From Sedimentisphaeraceae bacterium JB056 (GTDB taxonomy: Bacteria; Planctomycetota; Phycisphaerae; Sedimentisphaerales; Sedimentisphaeraceae): a stretch of DNA of 64,000 nt. The notes beneath the pieces are model-generated. The model did not search any database, was not told the DNA's origin, and worked only from the letters and a program-made list of their open reading frames with translations. Position 1 is the first letter of the stretch. Each line of letters opens with the position of its first letter. The stretch is from positions 1 to 64,000 of the forward strand of contig JBITAJ010000016.1 of the NCBI GenBank assembly GCA_044440125.1. The letters are read 5' to 3'. This document shows positions 28,521 through 39,283 of the stretch, piece after piece. The translations under genes and the position numbers were made by a program.

Positions 28521-30818
28521 TTATGATGCCTGGGGTGAGGGCATTGTATCTCTATAGCTTTGGTAAACTTTGAGTATATTGCCAGAGCTGTCTCCTTTAA
28601 GCCGCTTGAACGAGTCGAGAACACAACCTGAAACGTTGGCTTTGACAAGTGCCAGCTCGTTTATTGCCAATACAGCATCCTCTTTCTTGGTTTTAAGAGC
28701 ATTGAACACCAATAATGTGGAGTCTACAATACCCGCAAGATTCTTGGCTTCACTCATTATAAGCGGAGGCGAATCAATTATCACGTAGTCATAATGCTGC
28801 TTTGCTGTCTCAATAAAAGCTTTCATACTCTTGCCTGCTATCAGCTCAGACGGCATCGAAGGCATAATGCCGCAGTCAAGTACATCAAGATAACGGATTT
28901 CGGTTTTCTTGACAGCTTGGGACATATCTGCCTGTTCAAGAAGTATGCTGCTTAACCCGATAGATCGTTCCGATGTGTTTCCGTCTGTTTCTTCAGATAC
29001 CGCATTTGAGGCGTCGGCTGTGCTTGTTAGAGATACGCCGATATTGAATATGTCGGCAATTGCCGGTCTTCTGAAGTTTGTATCTATCAGTAAGACTTTA
29101 TGCTGCTCTGCTGCAAGAGATATGGCCAGATTAGTTGCGATAGTGGTCTTGCCTTCATTGGGTTGTCCGCTTGTAACCAGCAAAGAATTGCTCTGTCCGG
29201 ATTCAGATAGAGTACCGGAAAGCAGCATATTCGTTTTAAGCTGACGGAACGCCTCACTTGTGATTGAATATGGGGCTTCAACTATAATCTTTTTGAGATC
29301 AATTTCATCGAGATCCTCATCCTCATCAGCATTGTATATAACGCCCAGTAATGGTAAACGTGTGAGACGTTTGATATCCATTGGTGTGCGAAGCTTTGTA
29401 TTGGCCAACTCGATTAAGAATGCTATACCAGCTGCAGCAATGAATCCCAGCATAAATCCGGCAGGAGCGAAGAGTTTGAGATTTGGAAAGCTCATTTCTA
29501 ATGGCTCAAGCGCAGGTCCTATACGTTCTAATCTTGACACCTTGGGATCTCTTACAATCATATTAAGGCTCTGTATATGGGTAGTTATTGTTTCCAGACG
29601 TTCCAGACCTTTATCTCTTATCTCAACAAAAGAGTTATATTCTGATTTTAATTCATCAAGTTCTTTCTGTTTGAGGAGAGCTTCCTGCAGCTGTGCTCTG
29701 AAGTTTTCTAATTGGCTTACCAGATAAACTCGTGCATCTTGTGCAGACTGGAGTTCCGATCTTCTATTCAGTTCTGCTATAAAGTTGTGTCTGGCTGTAA
29801 GTTCAGCTTCTGATTCCCTTAGCTGTTCACGCATTTTACGGACTGATCTATGATTTTCTCCCAGTTTAGCTGTCAACCTTGCCAGTTCCGGACGTATTGC
29901 AAGTATTCTTTGACGAGCGGCTATAGCGATAGGGTCTTGCTCTATTTGTTCCCTGACAACATCATCGAATTCTCCTTGAGCCCTTGAGCGAAGAGTTTCT
30001 ATCTGAGCTTCAATTTGGCTTATTTGGCCTTCAAGATCCATAACCTGGATTTCCAAGGCATCATGGCGTACTTTCACACTATGCCTTGTATTGTTATCGT
30101 TGTCAGATGTCGTAAATTCTGCAAGGGTAGGATTTGACTGTCTAATATCGCGGAGAGAAGCATCAGCGGCTCGAATTTCTGCACGAATTTTTCTTTCCTC
30201 TTCATTGGCCTGCGCCAATCTTTCGCGCTGAGTTTGCGTTTCACGTTCTAACTGAGACTTGAGATAAAGGTCTACGAGTTGGTTAAGAATAAGAGCTGAT
30301 TCACGTTTACTTTTACAGGAAAAACTTAATCTTATAATATAAGTATCACGGTCAACATTTACACCAACATCACTTTTAAGCGTATCAACAGCTTCTGCAA
30401 CATCGATAGATCCATCTGGTGCAACGTATTGCTGAAACCATGATGTTGCCCTTACCTTGTCAATTGTGAGCAAATCCTGAAGCATGTCCTGCTGTTTAAT
30501 AAAACTTGCTTTAGTTTGGCGAAATTGATAGTAGCTGTCTTTATTCGTAGTTGCGGTATCAATATTCATGGGATCGCTAAGACGTGGCTCGAGTACGGTT
30601 ATGCCTGCTACGGCCGTGTACTTGGGAGCATATCTTGCGAGTACATAATACAGAGCTACTCCAATAAAAGTTCCAATTATCGGCAAAATACACAATAGAA
30701 GTATATGCCTTCTTACTATTGAAATTATATCCTTAGGTGTTAGCTGCAATCCTTGCGTTGCTTCCACTGTGTTAGTTTGGGAAACAGCTGTTTTGTTAGT
30801 TATATTTCCGTTTGTCAC
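28521..30818 (-). CDS. Wzc-like polysaccharide co-polymerase / BY-kinase
   Basis: N-terminal TM, long coiled coil, second TM; EAFRQLKTN, SGQPNEGKTT, LLIDTNFRRP and VIIDSPP motifs. Confidence 0.88.
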   Translation of the reverse strand: MTNGNITNKTAVSQTNTVEATQGLQLTPKDIISIVRRHILLLCILPIIGTFIGVALYYVLARYAPKYTAVAGITVLEPRLSDPMNIDTATTNKDSYYQFRQTKASFIKQQDMLQDLLTIDKVRATSWFQQYVAPDGSIDVAEAVDTLKSDVGVNVDRDTYIIRLSFSCKSKRESALILNQLVDLYLKSQLERETQTQRERLAQANEEERKIRAEIRAADASLRDIRQSNPTLAEFTTSDNDNNTRHSVKVRHDALEIQVMDLEGQISQIEAQIETLRSRAQGEFDDVVREQIEQDPIAIAARQRILAIRPELARLTAKLGENHRSVRKMREQLRESEAELTARHNFIAELNRRSELQSAQDARVYLVSQLENFRAQLQEALLKQKELDELKSEYNSFVEIRDKGLERLETITTHIQSLNMIVRDPKVSRLERIGPALEPLEMSFPNLKLFAPAGFMLGFIAAAGIAFLIELANTKLRTPMDIKRLTRLPLLGVIYNADEDEDLDEIDLKKIIVEAPYSITSEAFRQLKTNMLLSGTLSESGQSNSLLVTSGQPNEGKTTIATNLAISLAAEQHKVLLIDTNFRRPAIADIFNIGVSLTSTADASNAVSEETDGNTSERSIGLSSILLEQADMSQAVKKTEIRYLDVLDCGIMPSMPSELIAGKSMKAFIETAKQHYDYVIIDSPPLIMSEAKNLAGIVDSTLLVFNALKTKKEDAVLAINELALVKANVSGCVLDSFKRLKGDSSGNILKVYQSYRDTMPSPQAS

Positions 30819-30868
30819 TTAATTATCCCTAAAATTTTATTTTAAATAACCTTCAACCTCATGTCATT

Positions 30869-33800
30869 TTAAAAAATGCGGCGAGCAAGCCTTGAAATAC
30901 GCTCTTTCATTTCTTCTTTTTGAGAAATAGATAGTTCATTCTCACCAATCTCAAGAGCTCTTTCATAAGCAGCCTTTGCTTCCTGGGGTTTATTCAATCT
31001 TTCTAAGGCAAGCCCAAGATGTTCATATATAACGTATGGGGCAGAAGTAGAACTTAGCTCGAGAGTTTGTATAGCCCTGCTAAGCAACTGCTCCGCTTTT
31101 TCGTATTTTCTATTTTTAATTAAAGCTAATCCATAAGTATCAAGTATTAAGCCGTTTTCAGGAGCAAGCATGTATGCTCGAGCTGCAATTTCTTCTGCTT
31201 TTTGCAGATCAATCTCGCTTGAAGCTAACAGGTAAGCAAGGTTATTAAGCAATGATACATCTCCTGGAGTTTGGCTCAATAGTTCTTCGTAAATAGTGAC
31301 TGATCTTGTAAGGTAATCTTTATCTGGTACCTTATTATATGCCATTTGCAAAGTGTTTGCTTTGGTTATTATAAGAGCCCTACGTAATTGAGAGTTTTGT
31401 TCAGCTACAGCTATTGCGTTATCCAAATACTTTACAGCCTTGTTATAGTTCTGAGATTGCAGGTTAAAATTGAATGCAACCATATTCCTGTTAATTGATT
31501 GCGGGTCCTGTTGAACATTACTGTTTATCCAATCGATTATAGTATTACGATCTAAAACCGCTATCATGCGTTTGACCGCTTGGTCTATCATCTGGAAACT
31601 GAATTTTGCTTTTGACATTGCTTTGCCAAAGTAGTTCAGAGAATTCTCTATATCACCCATTTTGGCCTTTGCTTCAGCCATAGCAGTGTATACAACCGGT
31701 CCGAAATCGTTGTCTACATACTTAACGGCATATGAGAGCAGGTCGGTATATTTTGCTTGTTCTATTAGGACATCAAAATAGCCTCTTAGCGATTTTATAT
31801 CAATAGATGATGGATTCGCTTGACTTCTATCCCAAGCTTTCAGGTAATATTCAGAAGCAAGATCAAGATCGCCAAGTTTATATTCAAGATCGGCACGTCG
31901 ACGCAGCCAGTAGCTGTCTTCTTCATATCGTTTTGACATTGAATCATAATATTCGCGTAGTTGAGCATATTTCATTGAACGTGAATATATTTCTTCCAGA
32001 AGCATCAGGGCGACTTGAGGAGTGCCTTCCTCTTCAAGAGTGAGTTTTAGCTCAGCTATAGCAGGCTCATACCTTGCCATTCTGTCATATGTCTTGGCAA
32101 GTTCGATTCGTATGATATTATTTTCCTGATATGTTTTACTCTTGAGGAAGTCCTGAAGAGCCTGCTCATAATTAGCCTGTAAATAATTGGCACGTCCTTT
32201 GATTCGCCATGCTATTGCATTCTTTTTATCTATTTCCAATGCCTTATTAATCTGGCTGATAGCTTCTTCAAAAAGACCTTTTCGCAGAGCTATTGTCGAA
32301 TTGAGCATCATAATTTTTATGTCATTTCTATCTTGATCTGACATTTGGCTAATCTCTTCTTCAGCTTTTGTTGTTTCACCGACTTCCACAAGAGCCTGAA
32401 CTCTTAAAAGACGGTTTTCGAAGTTGTTTTCAATATTGATTAACTCTTTAGTATAACGGTCTACATCCTGATTTCGGAATAACTTCAATGATGTTCCTAT
32501 CAGGCCCTTAAGTATATCAATTGATTTAGGGTCTTCATTGTATAGTTCATCCAATATCTCTTTGGCCTGTGCAAATTTTGAGCGTCTGTAGTAAGATTTC
32601 CAAAGAATCTCTTTGTTGTTTCCTATAAGCTCTGTAATTTTCTCTCCCTGGCCTGAAATACGGAAGAAGTCAGCGTATGCGTCTAATACTTCCGGATCGC
32701 CAGGAGATATTGCCATGGCGTTCTTGTAAGCGTCATCTGCTATTCTATACATAGCCTGTTTTTTAGGAGAATCCCATGGATCTGTCGCATTCTTAAGTGC
32801 CATTCTTGCAAGCAGAAGAGCATTTTCTTTCGTTGGCCTTGTCTTGAAAATAGACTGCCTTACCGCTAAAGCATTACCCGGGTCAGTGTCAGCAATATAC
32901 TCAGCATATATGCTTTGCAGGTTAGTATTTGACGGATTCATCTTTATAGCACGCAGTATAGCGTTACCAGTCTCGTCTTTCTGTTGACTTGTGACGTGCT
33001 CACCGAGTTTGCGATTTCTGTTATAAAGAACCATCGCATTGTTCAATGTTATCTGTGCGTTGAGAGGGTTGAGTTCAACGGCTTTCTGAGCATTTTCAAT
33101 CGCTCTTACCTCATCTCCTTTTGTGTTATAGATTATACTGAGATTCAGATAGGATATTGGGAACAGGGGTCTGATTTCTGTACATTCAGTAAAACGATCG
33201 ATTGCTTTGTCGTATTGTTCACGAGCCATAGCTAAACGTCCAGTAAAGAATGCGCCACCGCATTCATCAATATTGTATTTTTCTATTTGTGGACGCAACT
33301 TTTCAGCTATTTCGTAGTTCTGTGTTGAAATTGCGGAGTCATACACAGAAGCTATGAGTTCTTTGTTTTCCGGTTCATTATTCAATGCCTTCTGGTAATA
33401 ATCTAATGCTTCGGAGAACTTACCGCTGTTATTGTATATCTGAGCAATCGTTTTAAGGCGTTCCTGCTCATTTTCTATTGTTTCAGCAACTTCAATTTGA
33501 ATTTCGATTAGCTCATCATCTCCTATTTGTGTAGGATTAGGAAAAGCCAATTTTTTTCTTAGAACTTTTGCCGCAAAACTGTCTTTGTGAGTACTTAAAT
33601 ATTTCTCATTTAGATCTATAGCTTTGGGTTTTAGGTCTTCATCTACAAGATCTATACAAATGCCTGAAATAACGCCAAAATCTAACGAATCAGGATCTTT
33701 GGCAAGCATGAGTTTGGCATTGTCGTATCTATTGACTCTTATCTCTTGTATTTGATCAGCAAGTGTATTAATTCTGTTTTGGGCGAAAGGTTCCATAAGA

Positions 33801-35617
33801 AGTTCCTGCCGCGACTTCATTTGTATCAGTTGCAATAATCTTGTATATTCAATTTGCAGTCTGTAGCGAAGTGTTTTGATTGAGTCTTCTTCATAAAGAC
33901 TGAGGATTTTTTCAGCTTTATCAAATAAATTTGCTTGTATATAGGCATTAAGGAGTAATTCTGTACTCCAACCGCTTGGCTCCATAACCTCTTCGTATCG
34001 CTGTACAAGCGATATTGCAGTATCTGGAGAACGGAGTTTAAGCAAGAGTTCTGCAAATTCAAGTATGGCTTCCGGTTCGCCGAGTGTTACTATGCCATTC
34101 TTTATGGCGGTTCCAAGATATTTCTGGCGAGCTCCTATATATTGCCCGTTTGCAATTATGCTTGAGAGGTCGTAAGCTAACTGAGGATCTACTTTTCCAA
34201 CTGCGTCATATTGATTATAAGATTTAACAAGATCTCGAATTGCATCTGTATTATCGCCTTTAGCAAGTTTAACCATTGCATTCCATCGTGTTATGACTGG
34301 GTTGTCCAATCCCAATATCTGCTTTATATCATGTATATGTGATTCAGCTGAATCAATGAATTCCTTCCTATCTTCAATTTCTAATGCAAGAGCCTTATCA
34401 ATATAGTATTGCACAATAAAACTGTTTAAGATAAGCTGATTGTTTTTGTTGCGGACCTCATTGGGACCGGTAGTTTCCTGAGCTTCGGGAAGGTCAAGAC
34501 CGGCCAAAGCTAATTCAAGGGCTCGATCAATCAGCTCAGGTTTGTCCTGCAGTTTTGCATTTATATAAGCTATCCGTGAAGCCCTGATAACATATTCCAT
34601 TTTTTCCGGTACTTTCTGGACAGCTCGTTCGATTGCTTCAAGAGCCTTCGGGGTATCTTGGGGTGTTGATACATAAAACCCGGCCATTTCATAATCGATT
34701 TCTGGATTATCTGGGAATCTGTCTTTTACTGCTTTTTGCTGATCTTCGAGTTTTGCTCTTGCTTCTGCACCACTTTTAGCATCCTGGCTTTGAAGAATGC
34801 GCAGCTTAAGCATGTTTAAGTAGGCATCGGGATTATCCGGATTTCTGTCAATAGACTCCTGAATAACTATTTCAGCACGCCTTATTCCTTCATCCCAACC
34901 ATTAAGTATTCCGGCATTTTCATTAATTTCACCTTGTATAATCTGTGCATGCGCTAAATACCAAAGACCGTCGAAATTATCTGGAGATCGCCTTAGAAGC
35001 CTGATCAGATAATCTTCTGCTTCTTTAACTTCCTGTTCAATATTTGCTGTTTGTCCCATTATAGCAATTTCTAATGATGCGCGTCCTCTTGCCATCAGCA
35101 CGAAAAGATCAGGTTCAGTATTTGCTTCATCGCTTAGATCTATTATTTCTTGTGAAACTTTTTTCACCGTTTCCCAGCTATTAGCTTGTCCAGTATCACC
35201 AGTCTGATAGGCAAACTCTAATATACGCATCCTCGCATCAATGTTTTTGGGATCAGTGACTGTTATCTGGTTGAAGAAACCTAATGCTTTACGCCAATCA
35301 GGTTCTTTCGGTGCTCTGTCAAGCTCAGGGTCGCCTGGATCGGCAATTAATGCTACCTCAGCCATATTGAAAAGTATGTTTACTTTCTCTATAGGTCCGG
35401 AGAAGTTATAAGCATTTGAGTAAGCCGTTAAAGCTTCTTGGTATTCCTTGTTTTTAAGAGCTATCTCTGCTTCCTGCAAAAAGACTTGCGGGTCACGGCC
35501 TCGTTTACGCAATACTAAGATAATGGTGCCGGCAATTATCATAAGGACAACCAACCCAATTATTGCAACCTTCAGGTTTAGTTTTCTTTTACCGGTTTTT
35601 TTTCTTGTTTTAGCCAT
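30869..35617 (-). CDS. Very large membrane-anchored TPR protein (PrsT-like position in an exosortase locus)
   Basis: Basic N-terminus plus TM anchor, TPRs throughout, LNNLAY...ILDTYG C-terminal TPR pattern; ATG 35617 preferred (AAGGAAG RBS). Confidence 0.82.
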   Translation of the reverse strand: MAKTRKKTGKRKLNLKVAIIGLVVLMIIAGTIILVLRKRGRDPQVFLQEAEIALKNKEYQEALTAYSNAYNFSGPIEKVNILFNMAEVALIADPGDPELDRAPKEPDWRKALGFFNQITVTDPKNIDARMRILEFAYQTGDTGQANSWETVKKVSQEIIDLSDEANTEPDLFVLMARGRASLEIAIMGQTANIEQEVKEAEDYLIRLLRRSPDNFDGLWYLAHAQIIQGEINENAGILNGWDEGIRRAEIVIQESIDRNPDNPDAYLNMLKLRILQSQDAKSGAEARAKLEDQQKAVKDRFPDNPEIDYEMAGFYVSTPQDTPKALEAIERAVQKVPEKMEYVIRASRIAYINAKLQDKPELIDRALELALAGLDLPEAQETTGPNEVRNKNNQLILNSFIVQYYIDKALALEIEDRKEFIDSAESHIHDIKQILGLDNPVITRWNAMVKLAKGDNTDAIRDLVKSYNQYDAVGKVDPQLAYDLSSIIANGQYIGARQKYLGTAIKNGIVTLGEPEAILEFAELLLKLRSPDTAISLVQRYEEVMEPSGWSTELLLNAYIQANLFDKAEKILSLYEEDSIKTLRYRLQIEYTRLLQLIQMKSRQELLMEPFAQNRINTLADQIQEIRVNRYDNAKLMLAKDPDSLDFGVISGICIDLVDEDLKPKAIDLNEKYLSTHKDSFAAKVLRKKLAFPNPTQIGDDELIEIQIEVAETIENEQERLKTIAQIYNNSGKFSEALDYYQKALNNEPENKELIASVYDSAISTQNYEIAEKLRPQIEKYNIDECGGAFFTGRLAMAREQYDKAIDRFTECTEIRPLFPISYLNLSIIYNTKGDEVRAIENAQKAVELNPLNAQITLNNAMVLYNRNRKLGEHVTSQQKDETGNAILRAIKMNPSNTNLQSIYAEYIADTDPGNALAVRQSIFKTRPTKENALLLARMALKNATDPWDSPKKQAMYRIADDAYKNAMAISPGDPEVLDAYADFFRISGQGEKITELIGNNKEILWKSYYRRSKFAQAKEILDELYNEDPKSIDILKGLIGTSLKLFRNQDVDRYTKELINIENNFENRLLRVQALVEVGETTKAEEEISQMSDQDRNDIKIMMLNSTIALRKGLFEEAISQINKALEIDKKNAIAWRIKGRANYLQANYEQALQDFLKSKTYQENNIIRIELAKTYDRMARYEPAIAELKLTLEEEGTPQVALMLLEEIYSRSMKYAQLREYYDSMSKRYEEDSYWLRRRADLEYKLGDLDLASEYYLKAWDRSQANPSSIDIKSLRGYFDVLIEQAKYTDLLSYAVKYVDNDFGPVVYTAMAEAKAKMGDIENSLNYFGKAMSKAKFSFQMIDQAVKRMIAVLDRNTIIDWINSNVQQDPQSINRNMVAFNFNLQSQNYNKAVKYLDNAIAVAEQNSQLRRALIITKANTLQMAYNKVPDKDYLTRSVTIYEELLSQTPGDVSLLNNLAYLLASSEIDLQKAEEIAARAYMLAPENGLILDTYGLALIKNRKYEKAEQLLSRAIQTLELSSTSAPYVIYEHLGLALERLNKPQEAKAAYERALEIGENELSISQKEEMKERISRLARRIF

Positions 35618-35631
35618 AAAACTTCCTTTTC

Positions 35632-36378
35632 TCAATTATTTACAATGTCGGGCCAGTGGTCTTCTTCGAGAATGGGTAATACCGTTTCAAGTAGGTCTTT
35701 GCTTGCATTTGCGACCTTTTCCTGATCGGGCAGATTATATTTTCCATGAAAACGCCATTCAAATTTAGAAAAGTAGGAATATTTTCCAAATAGATTGCTT
35801 GCCATAATATTCCTTGCAGCCGTTCTGTTTCCGGCATATTTCCCGTTTACTTTAAGTAGATAGCATACAGAGAACTCTGTTCCAGTTCCCCATATATCCT
35901 CTGCTTTTGAAGTAAAGACCAATTGGCGATAATTGATATCGTTTTTAATGTTTTTATATTCGACTTCAATAGAATTGTCAAGCATTGCTTTAACGCGATT
36001 GCCTGCACCAAAATAACACTCTTCTGGGACATGTGGTATTCTATCATTAATGCCGGTGTAATATGTTATAAAAAGAGAGCAGTATTTTGTGCTATCTTTG
36101 TCTTCTAATGAAGTATTCTCCAGTTCCCATATAATATAATCTGTAGTACCTAATTCTTCGACAATGTCGTTGTTTTCTATCTTGGTCTTTTTTATAACTT
36201 TATATTTACCGAGTCTATTTTCGTCAAGAGAATCAAGAGGATTCTTGAGGTTTATAGGTTCTTTGCGAAGATATATCTGTAACTTGTTAATTATAGCTTT
36301 TTTCCCTATTGCTGATGTTGCTAATATAACAACGCAGATTATAAATGCTGCTTTTTTTGAGAGGCCTATCTTATTCAC
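35632..36378 (-). CDS. epsI: EpsI-family exosortase-associated protein
   Basis: LGTTDYI and FITYYTG...PHVPEECYFGAG (HxPxxC) motifs; adjacent to the exosortase. Confidence 0.75.
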   Translation of the reverse strand: MNKIGLSKKAAFIICVVILATSAIGKKAIINKLQIYLRKEPINLKNPLDSLDENRLGKYKVIKKTKIENNDIVEELGTTDYIIWELENTSLEDKDSTKYCSLFITYYTGINDRIPHVPEECYFGAGNRVKAMLDNSIEVEYKNIKNDINYRQLVFTSKAEDIWGTGTEFSVCYLLKVNGKYAGNRTAARNIMASNLFGKYSYFSKFEWRFHGKYNLPDQEKVANASKDLLETVLPILEEDHWPDIVNN

Positions 36379-37354
36379 TTGTAGTCCTCCGTCTTTTTAC
36401 TACCTTTTTCTCTGGTTTCGGTTCCTCTTCTTTTTCATTTGCAGGGCTGACAAAAAGCTGTTCCATAAACCATGCTAAGCCCCAATAAAGAGCGAAAGCA
36501 AGCGGTAGCATCAGTAGGCCTAAAGTATCGTGATAAATACCTTTGGCGTATTCTGCACCTATGAAAATATGTATAAATGCCGTAATAGTAACTCTTACAA
36601 TATTACATATTACTGCTATAGGGACTGTACTCAAGACCAAAATTATTTTTTGCCAGAAAGGTCTTTCGTGTAAATATGCCATCGCTACGCCAAGAGCTAG
36701 AAAGGCCATTAAGAGTCTCATGCCGCTGCAAGCTTCTGCAACATCCAAAGCGCTATCAAGAGCCTCACCTTTATAAATCACATCTATGATGACTCCTCGG
36801 GCGGTGGCCTGAAGATCCGGAACAAGATTCAAGAACGCTGTTGCAAATTGTGAGGCTATATGGCGTAGTGGTATAGTCAGCTCACGATATAACCTTGTTG
36901 GAACAGGAATCGCAAAAAAAAGATAAGCGACCGGAAGCCAAAGGTGTATTATGAGCCTCCATCCGCACATAAAAAGGATTACGGAACCAAGTGTTGCTAT
37001 CATAAGCAAAGGTTCGCCGTATGCGTATCGCAACTGCACTATATTGAAAATATAGAATATAACCAAAAAAATCATAGCCATAAGGCCAATAACAGATGGT
37101 CGCGTTTCTATTGATAGAATATTATCTTTACGCCGGTATATCAGATAAAGGCTGAATACGGGTATAAGAAAACCGTGCGACCAGCTATCATCATGTGCCC
37201 ATGTGCCAACAGTATCTACAATATTATTCCAGAAAAGGGCGCAAAATAAGACTGTTATTGTTGCGATTTTTATCCAACTTGAAGTGTCAAGATCAGACCA
37301 TCGCTTCGGGGGAATCGTTTTTATGCCGGTATCATTATGCATGGTTCTGATCAA
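36371..37354 (-). CDS. epsH: Exosortase (EpsH family)
   Basis: SHGFLIP; catalytic triad in VAEACSGMR, NIVRV and YHD; multiple TMs; alternative start ATG 37342. Confidence 0.92.
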   Translation of the reverse strand: MIRTMHNDTGIKTIPPKRWSDLDTSSWIKIATITVLFCALFWNNIVDTVGTWAHDDSWSHGFLIPVFSLYLIYRRKDNILSIETRPSVIGLMAMIFLVIFYIFNIVQLRYAYGEPLLMIATLGSVILFMCGWRLIIHLWLPVAYLFFAIPVPTRLYRELTIPLRHIASQFATAFLNLVPDLQATARGVIIDVIYKGEALDSALDVAEACSGMRLLMAFLALGVAMAYLHERPFWQKIILVLSTVPIAVICNIVRVTITAFIHIFIGAEYAKGIYHDTLGLLMLPLAFALYWGLAWFMEQLFVSPANEKEEEPKPEKKVVKRRRTTSE

Positions 37355-38913
37355 AACAGGTTAAATGGTCTTGAAGTATAGAAATCTCGGTCTGCAAAGT
37401 TTCGTGAGTAAGTTAAGCTAAAACCGTAGTTTGCACCAAAAGCATTACGCAGTATGAGAAGCCATCTTGCTGCGCTGTCTGTACCTACATTAATAGTGTC
37501 ATTTTCTTTAATGAAGAAGTCTGGTTGAAGTCCTGAAGCAATCTTTTTGAGATTAACCTTAACTATTTCTTCGTGTTTTGCACCAATTCGTCTTCTTACT
37601 TCTACGTTTTCGGGTGATGCGAGCTCGCCAAGGCCGCCGGCTGCGGCTATTGCTTGCATCAGAGTCATTGGGCGTCCTGTTAATGTGTAATAACCAGGGC
37701 CGTTGACGTTACCAAGAATAGCAAATTCGCCGATACTGTCGCTCGGTATTGTTATCGTGTCGCCGGGTTTTATTATTATATTGAACCTTGGGTCTCCATT
37801 CATAAACGGCTCGCGTGGAATCTTTATAACACGTACCATGTAACGGAGAGGATTACGTTCCGCCATGTTGTAATTATCAGGAAGTACATCCTCAAGGCCG
37901 CTGAGATCTGGCTCGGTGGATTCTGTTTCAGGTACTAATGGATTTTGTACGGTAATTCCATCTTCGCCACCTGGTTGATCATCCAATGGGTTTCCTTCAG
38001 AGTCTACTTTGACAGGTACCCATCGGCCGCCTTCAAATATCCATTCTACTCTTGTTTCTTCTTCACTGCCCGCTTCGCCGATATCAGCTAAAGATAAAAG
38101 AGGGCGGTTAAGGGAGTTTTCACCCATGTCAGTCGGTGCAATCAGCTCAAGCAATTCTTCTTCTGCTTTTTTTGCATCGAATTCATCCTCTTGTTCTCTT
38201 GATTGGGATACTTCTCCCTGTGCCTGACCTGACTCGAGTTCTATGTAAACTTGTGATTCTCCGGTCCCAAGCCTTTCCATTATTTCTTTTTCAGTAAGCT
38301 GTCTTGTTACATATATATAGCTTACGTTGTACTCAGATATGCCGCCGGCAGTAGCGATTGCCTGGTTAAGTCTGAAGTTATACCTTGGTACTATGAATCT
38401 TCCGCCTCCGCTGTCTGAAAGAAGGCCAGTGCCCAGTACAGAATATGCACGGTATTCGGATGCCTGTAGAGTTACTGTGACTGCAGGTGTCTTAAGTATG
38501 TCAGGGGCCAATATTTGCCTGATCTCTTCCTCAAGCTGCTGTTCTGTAAGTCCTTTAGCTGCTATTGTACCAACTTCAGGTATCGATATCTTACCAGTTT
38601 CGGTAATGATAAAATCGTTTATATATGGTTGATTTTCTTCAAGAAGCTCATAGATAACTATCCGAACAACATCGCCGGAGTTAAGCTTATAATCTTGAGG
38701 TTCTGCGACTACATCCTCCGCAAGTGGCGGTTCAGCCTCTATATACTCAGGCGGTGTTTCTTCTGCCAGCCCCAATGAGTCAAGTATTACATGCTGAACT
38801 GGTACTGAACGAAAACGCCCCACCTGCTTAGGATCCCAAAATTCAGTTGTACATCCTGTAGCGAATAACCACCCAACTACTGCAATGCAGTACAGCAATT
38901 TCCTTAATGCCAT
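37351..38913 (-). CDS. Wza-like polysaccharide export lipoprotein (poly_export + SLBB domains)
   Basis: ATGC lipobox; DYKLNSGDVV...GKISIPEVG, GNVNGPG, TLMQAIAAAGG motifs; acidic internal insertion. Confidence 0.88.
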   Translation of the reverse strand: MALRKLLYCIAVVGWLFATGCTTEFWDPKQVGRFRSVPVQHVILDSLGLAEETPPEYIEAEPPLAEDVVAEPQDYKLNSGDVVRIVIYELLEENQPYINDFIITETGKISIPEVGTIAAKGLTEQQLEEEIRQILAPDILKTPAVTVTLQASEYRAYSVLGTGLLSDSGGGRFIVPRYNFRLNQAIATAGGISEYNVSYIYVTRQLTEKEIMERLGTGESQVYIELESGQAQGEVSQSREQEDEFDAKKAEEELLELIAPTDMGENSLNRPLLSLADIGEAGSEEETRVEWIFEGGRWVPVKVDSEGNPLDDQPGGEDGITVQNPLVPETESTEPDLSGLEDVLPDNYNMAERNPLRYMVRVIKIPREPFMNGDPRFNIIIKPGDTITIPSDSIGEFAILGNVNGPGYYTLTGRPMTLMQAIAAAGGLGELASPENVEVRRRIGAKHEEIVKVNLKKIASGLQPDFFIKENDTINVGTDSAARWLLILRNAFGANYGFSLTYSRNFADRDFYTSRPFNLF

Positions 38914-39142
38914 ATTACTCTCTTAAATTAATTATTTTATTATAACAATTATTGTAAAAACACGTTTAACAGGATCTCTACTACACAATCAGGCAATTAA
39001 TTAAAATTTGACCGAATACAGCCCATTTTTAACTCAAATTTAAGCCTCAATCAGCTTTATTAGTTTTATATAAACTATTAACAGTAAAAGTAGTTCCTTA
39101 ATTTTACAAAAAATTTAATGACGTAATAATCACGTCTTAAGA

Positions 39143-39170
39143 ATTTTACAAAAACTGAGGATTTTGTCAA
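39143..39170 (-). promoter_or_regulatory. Candidate sigma70-type promoter of the wza/exosortase operon
   Basis: Minus strand TTGACA-16 bp-TAAAAT. Confidence 0.55.
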
Positions 39171-39283
39171 ACTTAAAGTATGCTTTGAGCGATTGTATAG
39201 GATTTTTTAGAAATATCGTAATATATACAGTTTTCAGAGTGTTTTTGGTCGAATATTTATTTTAATTAGGTTGATTTATTAGA

